The notes under the pieces were generated by a model. That model did no database searches, was not told where the DNA came from, and was given only the letters and a program-made list of their open reading frames with translations. This document shows positions 8,679 to 17,356 of a stretch of 64,000 nucleotides of DNA, one piece after another. The first letter of the stretch is position 1, and every line of letters starts with the position of its first letter. The stretch spans positions 325-64,324 of the forward strand of contig MHKF01000018.1 of the NCBI GenBank assembly GCA_001818315.1. Reading direction: 5' to 3'. The position numbers were made by a program, and so were the translations under genes. Source of the DNA: Candidatus Kerfeldbacteria bacterium RIFCSPLOWO2_02_FULL_42_19. GTDB lineage: Bacteria > Patescibacteriota > Patescibacteriia > HO2-48-17.

Positions 8679-9290
8679 ATGGCTATTCTTTTTGAACAAC
8701 TTGCTTTTTCAGAACAGATCAGTCTCCTTTTAATTCGATATGGTTTAATCGTTGTTTTTTTTGGCGCTCTTTTTTTTGGTGAGACGGTTATTTTAAGTGC
8801 TGCGTTCCTTTCTGCACAGGGCTTCTGGTCTATTATTTTTGTCTTTCTTCTTGCGTTTTTTGCCACCTTGCTTTCGGATTCCGTATGGTATTTGGTTGGC
8901 AAAAAATCGAATACTGCTTTCCAGAAATTTCGAGAACGCTACGGAGGACGTTTACCTTTGCGTTTTTTTTCACAACACCTGAGTCCGCCTCCGACGCACG
9001 CATTACTCTCTTTGTTGTTTATTAAATTTCTCTACGGCACCCGTATTCTGATGTTGTTGTATTTTGGAAGTCAAAAAGTTTCTTTTCGTTATTTCACTCT
9101 TTTAAATGCTGCGGGTACGTTTCTCTGGCTTGTCACTATTCTCCTTATCGGTTGGCTTGCGGGCCGTGGCTATGATGCTTTGGTACCTGATTTGCAACGA
9201 TTTCAGTATGTCTTTTTAACTCTCATTCTAACGGTGATTGTGATTAAGCTTTTTCTTTCATGGTTAGGAAAATTTCTTCTCAAAAAGTAA
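8679..9290 (+). CDS. DedA family membrane protein
   Basis: GETVILSAAFL, SDSVWYLVG, KFLYGTR. Confidence 0.85.
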   Translation: MAILFEQLAFSEQISLLLIRYGLIVVFFGALFFGETVILSAAFLSAQGFWSIIFVFLLAFFATLLSDSVWYLVGKKSNTAFQKFRERYGGRLPLRFFSQHLSPPPTHALLSLLFIKFLYGTRILMLLYFGSQKVSFRYFTLLNAAGTFLWLVTILLIGWLAGRGYDALVPDLQRFQYVFLTLILTVIVIKLFLSWLGKFLLKK

Positions 9291-10267
9291 CTGCGATTGT
9301 TCCTGCCTATAATGAAGCCGAACGCATCGGCGGAGTATTACGTGTACTTTCGGATCATTCTGTTTTTTCTGAGATAATCGTTGTTGATGATGGATCGTCT
9401 GATGTGACGCAATCGGTTGTTGCGCGTTATCCTGTACGGTATGTTCGGCACACAAGAAATTTTGGGAAAGCTCAGGCTATGGAAACGGGTGTGCGGTTTG
9501 CAACAAGTGAGGTTATATTTTTTTGCGATGCCGATATTTCCGGCCTGACGCACGCTATTATTGACGAAATTGTGAGGCCTGTATTGCATGGGCAGGTAGA
9601 AATGTTTATTGCGATGCGGAATCGCAAGGTGTATTTTTTGAAAACGTTGGTTGCTTTCGTCCCATTGTTAGGCGGGGAACGCGCGTTGACACGACGTTTA
9701 TGGCAGAGTGTTCCGGAGCACTATAAAAAGCGTTTTCGCATTGAGACCGCGCTGAATTTTTACGCGAAGTATTATGGCGCAGGCTTTAGGTATAAGTTAT
9801 TTCCAGGACTCTCGCAGAGTATTAAAGAACGGAAGTATGGAATTCGGATTGGACTTCAACAGCGAATGTTCCTTTTTTATGATGTTTTTGTTGCGATCAT
9901 GCGTCTGCAATTTACTGCATTGCCGAAAAATATGAAAACTATGCGCTTGATGTTTGGTTCTTTATTTTGGAGCTTTTTGGGAATTGCGGCAGGTATTATT
10001 ATTCTTCTTGTGACCAATTTTGGATCAGAGTTTTGGTTTGTGCGTTTCTTTTCAACGCAACTCCGAGCGATTGATTCTACTGTTGTGCAAAAGTTATTTT
10101 CTGTCGCGCGCCAACTTGGTCGTCAAACTTTGAGTGTTGTCGGTTGGATGATACTTGTGACGCACGGGATTGTATTTCTTGCGTCTTTGCAGCGTTTGCT
10201 TTTTTTACTGCGATCCGCTGGAATGCGTTTTATATCACTTTTTACCAAGGCAAAAATATTGCGCTAA
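9260..10267 (+). CDS. GT2 glycosyltransferase with C-terminal TM helices
   Basis: IVPAYNE, VDDGSSD, GKAQA, FCDAD. Confidence 0.88.
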   Translation: MVRKISSQKVTAIVPAYNEAERIGGVLRVLSDHSVFSEIIVVDDGSSDVTQSVVARYPVRYVRHTRNFGKAQAMETGVRFATSEVIFFCDADISGLTHAIIDEIVRPVLHGQVEMFIAMRNRKVYFLKTLVAFVPLLGGERALTRRLWQSVPEHYKKRFRIETALNFYAKYYGAGFRYKLFPGLSQSIKERKYGIRIGLQQRMFLFYDVFVAIMRLQFTALPKNMKTMRLMFGSLFWSFLGIAAGIIILLVTNFGSEFWFVRFFSTQLRAIDSTVVQKLFSVARQLGRQTLSVVGWMILVTHGIVFLASLQRLLFLLRSAGMRFISLFTKAKILR

Positions 10268-10289
10268 CTTCTTCGAAGCGGTTGTATCT

Positions 10290-10931
10290 ATGATATTTCG
10301 TGATCGAAAACATGCTGGTATAGAACTTGGAAGATTACTTTTGAAATATAAGGAATCAAAACCTGTAGTCGTTGGCTTACCTCGCGGCGGTGTTGTGGTT
10401 GCAGCAGAAGTTGCGCATGCTCTTGACGCGCCTTTGGAAATCGTTGTGCCACGCAAGATCGGATCGCCAGAGAATCCTGAATACGCCCTTGGAGCAGTGA
10501 CTGAGGATGGAGAGGTATTTTTGGATGATCAAAGAGTGACCTTGTCTTTCGTCAGCGAGCATTATATTCGCGAAGAAATCGAGAAGCAGATACACGAGGC
10601 TCAGCGTCGTGTGAAGCTGTATCGTTTGGGTCGTATCCCTATTTCTTTTCGTGATCGTTACGTGATGCTTGTGGATGATGGGATTGCTACCGGCTCGACG
10701 ATGCTTGTTGCTATTCAATATGTTCGTCAGCAAGAGCCGCAAAAAATTATTGTAGCTGTTCCTGTGATTGCTTTTGATTCGCTTCAAAAGATGAAGCAAG
10801 TTGCTGATGCAGTTGTTGCGGTGTATACGCCTTCTCTTTTTTCTGCTGTCGGAGAATTTTATGAAGACTTTCCACAAACTTCGGATGCGGAAGTCGTGAG
10901 TATTTTGCGAAAATTTTCAACTTCACTCTAA
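10290..10931 (+). CDS. Phosphoribosyltransferase family protein
   Basis: FRDRKHAG, GLPRGGV, LVDDGIATGST, AVGEFYEDF. Confidence 0.9.
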   Translation: MIFRDRKHAGIELGRLLLKYKESKPVVVGLPRGGVVVAAEVAHALDAPLEIVVPRKIGSPENPEYALGAVTEDGEVFLDDQRVTLSFVSEHYIREEIEKQIHEAQRRVKLYRLGRIPISFRDRYVMLVDDGIATGSTMLVAIQYVRQQEPQKIIVAVPVIAFDSLQKMKQVADAVVAVYTPSLFSAVGEFYEDFPQTSDAEVVSILRKFSTSL

Positions 10932-10936
10932 TCTTT

Positions 10937-12661
10937 TTATTGTTTCTTTTTTAATTCCAGCAGCAACTCCGTGAGCGAAAGGCAGTTGATGATATTTTTT
11001 TGCGTTGCCCACCCTCTGCGCGCCTGTGCAATGCCGTATGCAAGATTCGTAAAATGCGTTGGAGAATGTGCATCAGAATCAATACTGAACATTATGTTAG
11101 CCTCCATAGCCTTTCGGATATATTCATCTTTGAGATCGAGTCGTTCTGGTGACGCATTGATTTCGAGGATCACATGGTACTTTTTCGCCGCATTGATAAT
11201 AGCTTCCATGTCGACTTCATAGGCTTCGCGCCGGTGCAGAAGACGACCTGTTGGATGGAAGAGAATATGAACAGAGGGATGAGTCATTGCTTGAATGATG
11301 CGTTTGGTTTGGGTGCTTTTCGGCAGATGAAAATGGGAGTGTACAGAAATACCTACAACATCAAGTTGTCGTAAGATGGCATCTGGTAAATCGAGTGAAC
11401 CGTCTTTGAGAATGTCACATTCAGTTCCTTTGAGGACCGTGGTCGCACCTTTGAGGCGTTTGTTGACTCGGTCAATTTCCTTCCATTGTTTCTGGATGCG
11501 CTTTTCGTCGAGTCCGCGTGTCATCGTGAGTCGTTTGGTGTGATCCGTAATTGCGATGTATTCTAAGCCTTGTTTTACAGCAGCTTTCGCCATCGCTTCG
11601 ATTGACGCCGTTCCATCAGTCCAATCAGTTTGGACCTGAAGATCTCCACGGAGTGCGTTATAGGGTACGAGCTTTGGTAATTTGTTTTGGAGTGCAAGTT
11701 CGATTTCGCCCCAGTTTTCGCGCATTTCGGGTTCGATGTATTGCATGCCGAGTGCTGTATAGAGTTCTTCTTCAGTTCGACCAGCGATATATTTTTTGCC
11801 GCGAAACAGTCCGTATTCGTTGAGTTTGAGTTCTTTTTTCATAGCCTTCTCACGGAGTGCTATGTTATGTGCTTTTGATCCTGTGAAATAGTTGAGAGCA
11901 GCACCATACGATTTTTCTGGTATGACTCGAAGGTCAACATCGAGTCCATTTTTGAGTTTGATCATGGACTTTGTTTCGCCATGCGCATAGACATGTATGA
12001 CTTCGGGCATATGTACAAAAGAGTCCATGATTGTTTTTGGTTTTTTTGCTACAGCAATAATATCAACATCGCCGATGGTTTCTTTTTTGCGTCGTACAGA
12101 TCCCGCGATAGTCAGTCGTTGCACGTGCGCAAGGTTTTTCAGTCGTTGTTCGATACTAGAAATCGTAGCCATCGCATAGCCAAGAAGAAATCGCCCATGT
12201 GATTTTTTTACAAATTCAATGCCTTGTTTGAGGTTTTTCTCACTTTGTTCACCGAAGCCCGGAAGTCTGCTGATTTTTTTTGCTGCGATGGCTTTTTCGA
12301 GATCACGCAGGTTCTTAACGCCAAGTTTTTCGTAGAGTATTTTGATATGTTGTGGACCAAGGCCCTCGATCGTCGCGAGTTCATGAATATTCACTGGCAT
12401 CTTTTTTTGCAACTCTTCGTAATAGATCAGTTGACCGGTTTTGAGGAGTTCTTCTATTTTTTCCGCAAGTCCTTTGCCGATGCCGGGGATTGATTCGAGT
12501 GCCGCGCGTTTGCCTTGTGTGTATATGTCTTGAAGTTCTTCCTGTAAATCGTCGATTGTTTGAGCGGCTTTTTCATATGCCCGTGGCTTAAAAGGAATTT
12601 TTTCTATTTCCAAATAGAGCGCTATGTCGTTGAAAATTTTTGCGATATCGCTATTGTGCAT
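10937..12661 (-). CDS. polX: DNA polymerase X / PHP-domain protein
   Basis: HhH IPGIG, AGSVRR, GDVD, DVDLR, YFTGSKAHN, LNEYG, C-terminal PHP (TDH, DSDAH). Confidence 0.95.
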   Translation of the reverse strand: MHNSDIAKIFNDIALYLEIEKIPFKPRAYEKAAQTIDDLQEELQDIYTQGKRAALESIPGIGKGLAEKIEELLKTGQLIYYEELQKKMPVNIHELATIEGLGPQHIKILYEKLGVKNLRDLEKAIAAKKISRLPGFGEQSEKNLKQGIEFVKKSHGRFLLGYAMATISSIEQRLKNLAHVQRLTIAGSVRRKKETIGDVDIIAVAKKPKTIMDSFVHMPEVIHVYAHGETKSMIKLKNGLDVDLRVIPEKSYGAALNYFTGSKAHNIALREKAMKKELKLNEYGLFRGKKYIAGRTEEELYTALGMQYIEPEMRENWGEIELALQNKLPKLVPYNALRGDLQVQTDWTDGTASIEAMAKAAVKQGLEYIAITDHTKRLTMTRGLDEKRIQKQWKEIDRVNKRLKGATTVLKGTECDILKDGSLDLPDAILRQLDVVGISVHSHFHLPKSTQTKRIIQAMTHPSVHILFHPTGRLLHRREAYEVDMEAIINAAKKYHVILEINASPERLDLKDEYIRKAMEANIMFSIDSDAHSPTHFTNLAYGIAQARRGWATQKNIINCLSLTELLLELKKKQ

Positions 12662-13134
12662 ATTTTACACTGAGGAATAGTGAAACTTGCAGCGCAATCA
12701 ACTTTTGTCTCGAAATCGGAATGAGGAATTTCAAGTTGAGGCGGTACGTATTCAATTGTATCGAAATCATTTCATTTTTTCAATTTCGATGGATTCTACA
12801 AGCTCAATACTGGTGATGACTTCATTGTTTCAGCTTATGTTTGCTGTGTTGAAAGTTTTCCACAGTGCGAACATTTGTCAATTTTTTCTCTTCAACTTTT
12901 TCACATTTTTCTCTTATTTCTTTTATTTTAGCCTATAATTTTTTCGTAGTTTATTCATTGACGAGCTACAATAATTTGATAGGATGACGATCACCAGTCG
13001 GTTATGTTACTAGAGGCGGACATTGATATTTATATTGAGATTGTCTGATTTTACTTTGTGAGATCTTTGACAAAAAGAGGTTGAGTATAAAAATTTTATT
13101 TTCGTTCATTTTGTAGTAAAAAAAGGGGAGATAA

Positions 13135-13827
13135 ATGAAAATTCTTGGTAAGATGCAAAATGCACGGGCATTGGTCATTGATATTGATAATACTGTTTAC
13201 GACAATCCTGCATACTTTCAGGATGGGAATCGGAGGGAACTCGAAGCAGCGGCTTTTTGTCTAGGACATACACCAGAAAGGTTGGAACAATTGATTCAAA
13301 GTTATAGGTCCAACCAAGAACAGCTTACTGGTAGGAAACCGACAGTTACAGAAACAATGTATCACTACAGGCTTTCACCTGATCAGTGGAGCCGGTTACG
13401 TTGCGAGGTGTGGCGGCCGGAAATTTTTCTTCAGCCAAATCCAGCTTTAGCGGATGTGATATGCAAAGTTTCAACAAGTTGGCGTGCTGTTGCTTTTGCC
13501 ACGAATTCACCAAAGCAGATTGGTGTGAGAGTTCTGACATGTGTAGGTTTGGGAGACTTGCTTTCCAGCCGTAAGATACAGGTCTTTGGACCTGAGGATG
13601 TCGGAGCATCAAAGCATCAGCCGGAATTTTTCCGTGCTGTCGCGCAGGAGCTTTCTTGTCTGCCGGCAGAGTGTGTTTCCATCGGTGACAGGGAGGACAC
13701 TGAGGGGCGGGTGGCGTTTCAGGCAGGTTACGGTGTTGCGTATATTGTCGTAAATGTGGGTGAAACGATTACATTGTTACGTGCTTTATGTGACAATCAT
13801 GGAGGTATATATGGACGTGAAAATTGA
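13135..13827 (+). CDS. HAD-superfamily hydrolase
   Basis: DIDNT, ATNS, SKHQP, IGDREDTE; SD upstream. Confidence 0.8.
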   Translation: MKILGKMQNARALVIDIDNTVYDNPAYFQDGNRRELEAAAFCLGHTPERLEQLIQSYRSNQEQLTGRKPTVTETMYHYRLSPDQWSRLRCEVWRPEIFLQPNPALADVICKVSTSWRAVAFATNSPKQIGVRVLTCVGLGDLLSSRKIQVFGPEDVGASKHQPEFFRAVAQELSCLPAECVSIGDREDTEGRVAFQAGYGVAYIVVNVGETITLLRALCDNHGGIYGREN

Positions 13828-14524
13828 GCATGAGATACAAACACTGTGGCGGGAGGGTGACATCCTCATTTACGGTTTGACAGGTCAAGCCGGAGCAGGT
13901 AAGACATCGAGCGCTGAAGAGGTCGTGTCTCATCTTCGTGAGCAGAACATTCCCGCTGCTTCACTTGGTTTGGACGCCTATTTCATTCTTTCAAGTGCTG
14001 AGAGAAAGGCGTGGCTTGCCGAAGGTGAGCGGGTCAGTCCTGCGGAAGGGAAGAGACGAAGGAATCAGTTGCTTTGGTGGGATTTTCAAGCACTTCAATG
14101 TGATCTTTTGCATTTCAAGCAGGGTGAACCGATTCAACTTCGTGGTGTCTATAACCGTGAAGACAAGGGTGAAAAGACCCGGAATATAGACATCGTTCCA
14201 GATGAACGTCGTGGTTTCGTTTTGGTGCTTGAGGGTGTGGCCCTGGCTCATGTCGAGGTGCTTGATGGACTAGCGTATGTCCATGCTCCCGCAGATGTGC
14301 GCTACCTTCGCATTCAAATGCGAGATAGCGCACGACGGCCGATTCCTGCAGAAGCGTGGAACAGATTCCGCCTGACACAGGAATTTGAAATTCCGTATTT
14401 TCGCGCTCACTGGGAGAAGATCCGGTGTTTCTTTGACAACTCGAATGGGGTTGGGCCATTGAAAGTGTCGATACTTTCGCCCGAAGAAGCGCTGAATGAT
14501 CTTGAACGGCCGCCGCTCCTTTAA
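13811..14524 (+). CDS. Uridine kinase/PRK-like P-loop kinase
   Basis: GQAGAGKT, LDAYF, LVLEG, RIQMRD; GGAGGT SD before ATG 13811. Confidence 0.75.
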   Translation: MDVKIEHEIQTLWREGDILIYGLTGQAGAGKTSSAEEVVSHLREQNIPAASLGLDAYFILSSAERKAWLAEGERVSPAEGKRRRNQLLWWDFQALQCDLLHFKQGEPIQLRGVYNREDKGEKTRNIDIVPDERRGFVLVLEGVALAHVEVLDGLAYVHAPADVRYLRIQMRDSARRPIPAEAWNRFRLTQEFEIPYFRAHWEKIRCFFDNSNGVGPLKVSILSPEEALNDLERPPLL

Positions 14525-14566
14525 CAGGAGCGTCGGTATTCATCTTTTTTCGAACATTTTTCGGTG

Positions 14567-14612
14567 AAAAGGGGTTTGTTCTACATCATTGAATATCAAA
14601 CGACCCCTTTTT
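14567..14612. terminator. Possible bidirectional terminator between convergent genes
   Basis: AAAAGGGGT...ACCCCTTTTTT. Confidence 0.5.
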
Positions 14613-14638
14613 TCGTTTGGAGCTGTTATAGATCGTGC

Positions 14639-15301
14639 TTATTGTACTCCAAATTTTTTTTGCAGTATTTGAGGCACTTCCAGTAGATGATGGATTTGTA
14701 TATCCGCTTTTTGCAAGTATCCCTCTGGAGTATATTCATGCGCTAGCCCAATACAGATCATTTGAGCGTTTTTCGCGGCTTCTATTCCATCTTTGGAATC
14801 CTCAATGATAATACATTCATCTGGCCGCAATCCTAATCGCTTGGATGCTAGGAGATATATTTCCGGATGAGGTTTTTTGTGATGAATATCCTGAAGTGAG
14901 AGGAAAATCTCAAAAAATTTTCGAATACGCAACCACACAATGACCGTATCGATCATTCGTTTTTCGTTTTGCGAACAAAGCGCCAATCGCATATTATGTT
15001 CTACTAACCAGGAGAGAAGTTTGTGCACTCCATCCACTTTACTGACGAATTTTTCTATTTGAGTGTTAAATAATTCGCGTTTCAGTTCCGTGAGTTTTTC
15101 TGGTTGCACGATCTTATGTTGTTCCGGTGTTAAAACATCAAGAAAAAAATCCTTCGATTTTCGGCCGAATTTATATTTAAAGTCTGAATCTTTCAGTATG
15201 ATCTTATAGTGTTCTTTGAGATAATTTTGATAGAAACGAAATGTTTCCAGCTCGGTTTTTATGAGTACACCGTCGAGGTCTAAAAGAATGCCTTGAATCA
15301 T
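14639..15301 (-). CDS. HAD family phosphatase (beta-PGM/CbbY-like)
   Basis: DLDGVL, KKPHPEIY, IEDSKDGIEAA. Confidence 0.9.
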   Translation of the reverse strand: MIQGILLDLDGVLIKTELETFRFYQNYLKEHYKIILKDSDFKYKFGRKSKDFFLDVLTPEQHKIVQPEKLTELKRELFNTQIEKFVSKVDGVHKLLSWLVEHNMRLALCSQNEKRMIDTVIVWLRIRKFFEIFLSLQDIHHKKPHPEIYLLASKRLGLRPDECIIIEDSKDGIEAAKNAQMICIGLAHEYTPEGYLQKADIQIHHLLEVPQILQKKFGVQ

Positions 15302-15354
15302 ATATGTTTATTCAAAGTGATTTTCATAGTGAGATTCTATAGTATAATGACAAT

Positions 15355-15393
15355 ATGATGCAAGCAATTATTTTTGATCTTGATGGGTTATGA
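15355..15393 (+). pseudogene. Remnant N-terminus of a HAD hydrolase (MMQAIIFDLDGL*)
   Basis: HAD motif I followed directly by a stop; TATAAT at 15343-15348. Confidence 0.55.
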
Positions 15394-15426
15394 CCAACGC
15401 TGTTTTTGTAAAAATTCTGCAGTTTT

Positions 15427-15696
15427 ATGCGTAAGCGCGTGAAGATTCGAGTTTTTGGTCGTGTGCAGGGTGTATTTTTTCGCACAAACGCCAAGACGTT
15501 GGCGCAGGAGCTTGCCCTTTCGGGATGGGTGCGCAATAAACCTGATGGGAGTGTTGGGATCGAAGTAGAAGGCGATGTGACTGCGCTTTCACAATTTTTT
15601 GATTGGTGCAAACAAGGGACGCGATACGCAAAAGTCGAGCGAATAGAATCGCAGGAAATTCCTTGCGAATATTCGAAGGATTTTTGTATTCTTTAA
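15427..15696 (+). CDS. acyP: Acylphosphatase
   Basis: GRVQGVFFR, GWVRNKPDGSV. Confidence 0.95.
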   Translation: MRKRVKIRVFGRVQGVFFRTNAKTLAQELALSGWVRNKPDGSVGIEVEGDVTALSQFFDWCKQGTRYAKVERIESQEIPCEYSKDFCIL

Positions 15697-15771
15697 GTTG
15701 ATAGTTTCCTGCGTTTTGTCGTAGGGTTACTACCGCCGAGAAGTGGGGATTGATTGCCGGTTTTGAGACAC

Positions 15772-15812
15772 CTTGGAAAAGGGAAGCCCCTTCTAGGTTT
15801 CCCTTTTCCAAG
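15772..15812. repeat. Long intergenic hairpin
   Basis: CTTGGAAAAGGGAA-GCC...GGT-TTCCCTTTTCCAAG, 14 bp perfect. Confidence 0.75.
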
Positions 15813-15844
15813 TTCAAAAAAAATTCTTTTTGCTGCAATGACTT

Positions 15845-16618
15845 ATGAGTGATGGAAGATTCTCAAAGTTTATGACGCACACTCGATTTCTTGAAATCGA
15901 TTTTTTTCGTGGGCTTGCAGTGATCGGGATGCTGATCTATCACTTCTTTTTTATTCTCAATTTTTTTGAACTTACGCAATTCGAACTGCAAGAAGGCAGC
16001 TGGCTTGCATTGGCCCGTTTTGTTCAACTTATCTTTCTTTTAAGTGTTGGAGTCTCCATGGCTCTTGTTGTTCAAAAATATTCTGCACTTGAGCTGCCGA
16101 AGAGTTTTATCTACAAAAAATTATTTCGTCACGCGTTTGTGATTTTCATTTGCGCTTTGATTGTGTCAGGAGTTACGTGGATCGCTGCGCCGACTGAATT
16201 TGTGCGTTTTGGGATTTTGCATTTTATTGCCGTCAGTATTGTACTTCTATCGAGCATGGCTTTTTATCCACGTTTTGCTTTTTTGTTTGGGATACTTGTG
16301 ATCCTTCTCACACCTTTTGCGCAATTTCTTTCAGACAATCCATTTTTATATCCGTTTGGGAACACTTCTTTTCCGGCACTTGATTATTTTCCACTTTTTC
16401 CATGGATGAACCTTGTAGCATTTGGTATCGCATTGGGGCATTATGCATTTCAACGTTATGAACGTCGTTTTCTCTATTTTCTTCCAGAATCACGGGTTAT
16501 TCACTCTGTCGCTTGGCTTGGTCGCAGGAGTCTCGCGTTTTACATGCTTCACATTCCATTTCTTTTTGGCATTATTTGGTGGACGAAATATATTCTGCTT
16601 AAGACTTACGCTTTCTAG
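15845..16618 (+). CDS. DUF1624 / heparan-alpha-glucosaminide N-acetyltransferase-like membrane protein
   Basis: EIDFFRGLA, FGILH, DYFPLFPW, LGRRSLAFYMLH. Confidence 0.88.
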   Translation: MSDGRFSKFMTHTRFLEIDFFRGLAVIGMLIYHFFFILNFFELTQFELQEGSWLALARFVQLIFLLSVGVSMALVVQKYSALELPKSFIYKKLFRHAFVIFICALIVSGVTWIAAPTEFVRFGILHFIAVSIVLLSSMAFYPRFAFLFGILVILLTPFAQFLSDNPFLYPFGNTSFPALDYFPLFPWMNLVAFGIALGHYAFQRYERRFLYFLPESRVIHSVAWLGRRSLAFYMLHIPFLFGIIWWTKYILLKTYAF

Positions 16619-16629
16619 GCAGTCTTATA

Positions 16630-16801
16630 GGGATTGTCACCAAATGCTATTTCTTGTGCAATGCGCATAGAAAAAGAGCTAGAAGACTCTCGCTTTCGAA
16701 GCACTGACAGTGCACAGTGTGCTGAGAAAGGAGAGTCTTCTGCCTCTTTTTCTAGGTCAAATTTTATTTTTACAGGTGCAAACGTATTCGGCTACAATCC
16801 T
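16630..16801. repeat. Palindromic MITE-like element, core-bearing
   Basis: GGGATTGTC...TACAATCCT ends; core AGAAGACTCTC..GAGAGTCTTCT; TTATA on both flanks. Confidence 0.8.
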
Positions 16802-17353
16802 TTATAAACGTTTTGGTCGAGATAAAGGATGATGTTCTGGCGCAAATTTTTGTCGCAATTTTTTTGAAACGAAAAAATGATAGCATAGGATTCCGAGGAG
16901 TACTCCAATAACGAAGAGTGTGACTAAAGAGATTATGGCCCGTTGTTTAGCGTCTTGATCTGCATGGACGATGAGGGGAATTTTTATGCCAGAGTTTGGT
17001 TCAAAATTTTCTGGATTTTTTGCTTGCGCTTTGATGGAAAGATGTGTACTCAAAGCACTGGCTCTTTTTGGCGTTACGGTAATGATTACTTTTTGATTTT
17101 TTTGTGGAAGCAGTTCTAGAGTACTTGGTGCGATGGAAATTCGATCTTGAAATTCATCCGCTTGGATAGTTATTAGTGCTGTTTGGTCCGAAGTATTAAA
17201 GACAGTGATCATACTTTCGGTAGGTTGATCTTGGGTTGCGGTGATTTCTATGTGAGACGGCGTAACTCCAACGCCAATAGCTTGGGCGATGTTTGGATGT
17301 ATTAAAAAATCACTGAATACGAGTACAAAAAATAGTTTAGTAAATATTTTCAT
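16802..17353 (-). CDS. Secreted Ig-like protein with C-terminal TM (DUF916/WxL-partner-like)
   Basis: Signal peptide, AIGVGVTPSHIEI, one beta-sandwich, TM plus basic tail; third gene of the riboswitch operon. Confidence 0.65.
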   Translation of the reverse strand: MKIFTKLFFVLVFSDFLIHPNIAQAIGVGVTPSHIEITATQDQPTESMITVFNTSDQTALITIQADEFQDRISIAPSTLELLPQKNQKVIITVTPKRASALSTHLSIKAQAKNPENFEPNSGIKIPLIVHADQDAKQRAIISLVTLFVIGVLLGILCYHFFVSKKLRQKFAPEHHPLSRPKRL

Positions 17354-17356
17354 TGT

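Noticed and set aside
12662-12940. 83-aa ORF or pseudogene upstream of polX
   Set aside because: TTG start and low complexity; minus-strand frames are interrupted and match nothing I recognise
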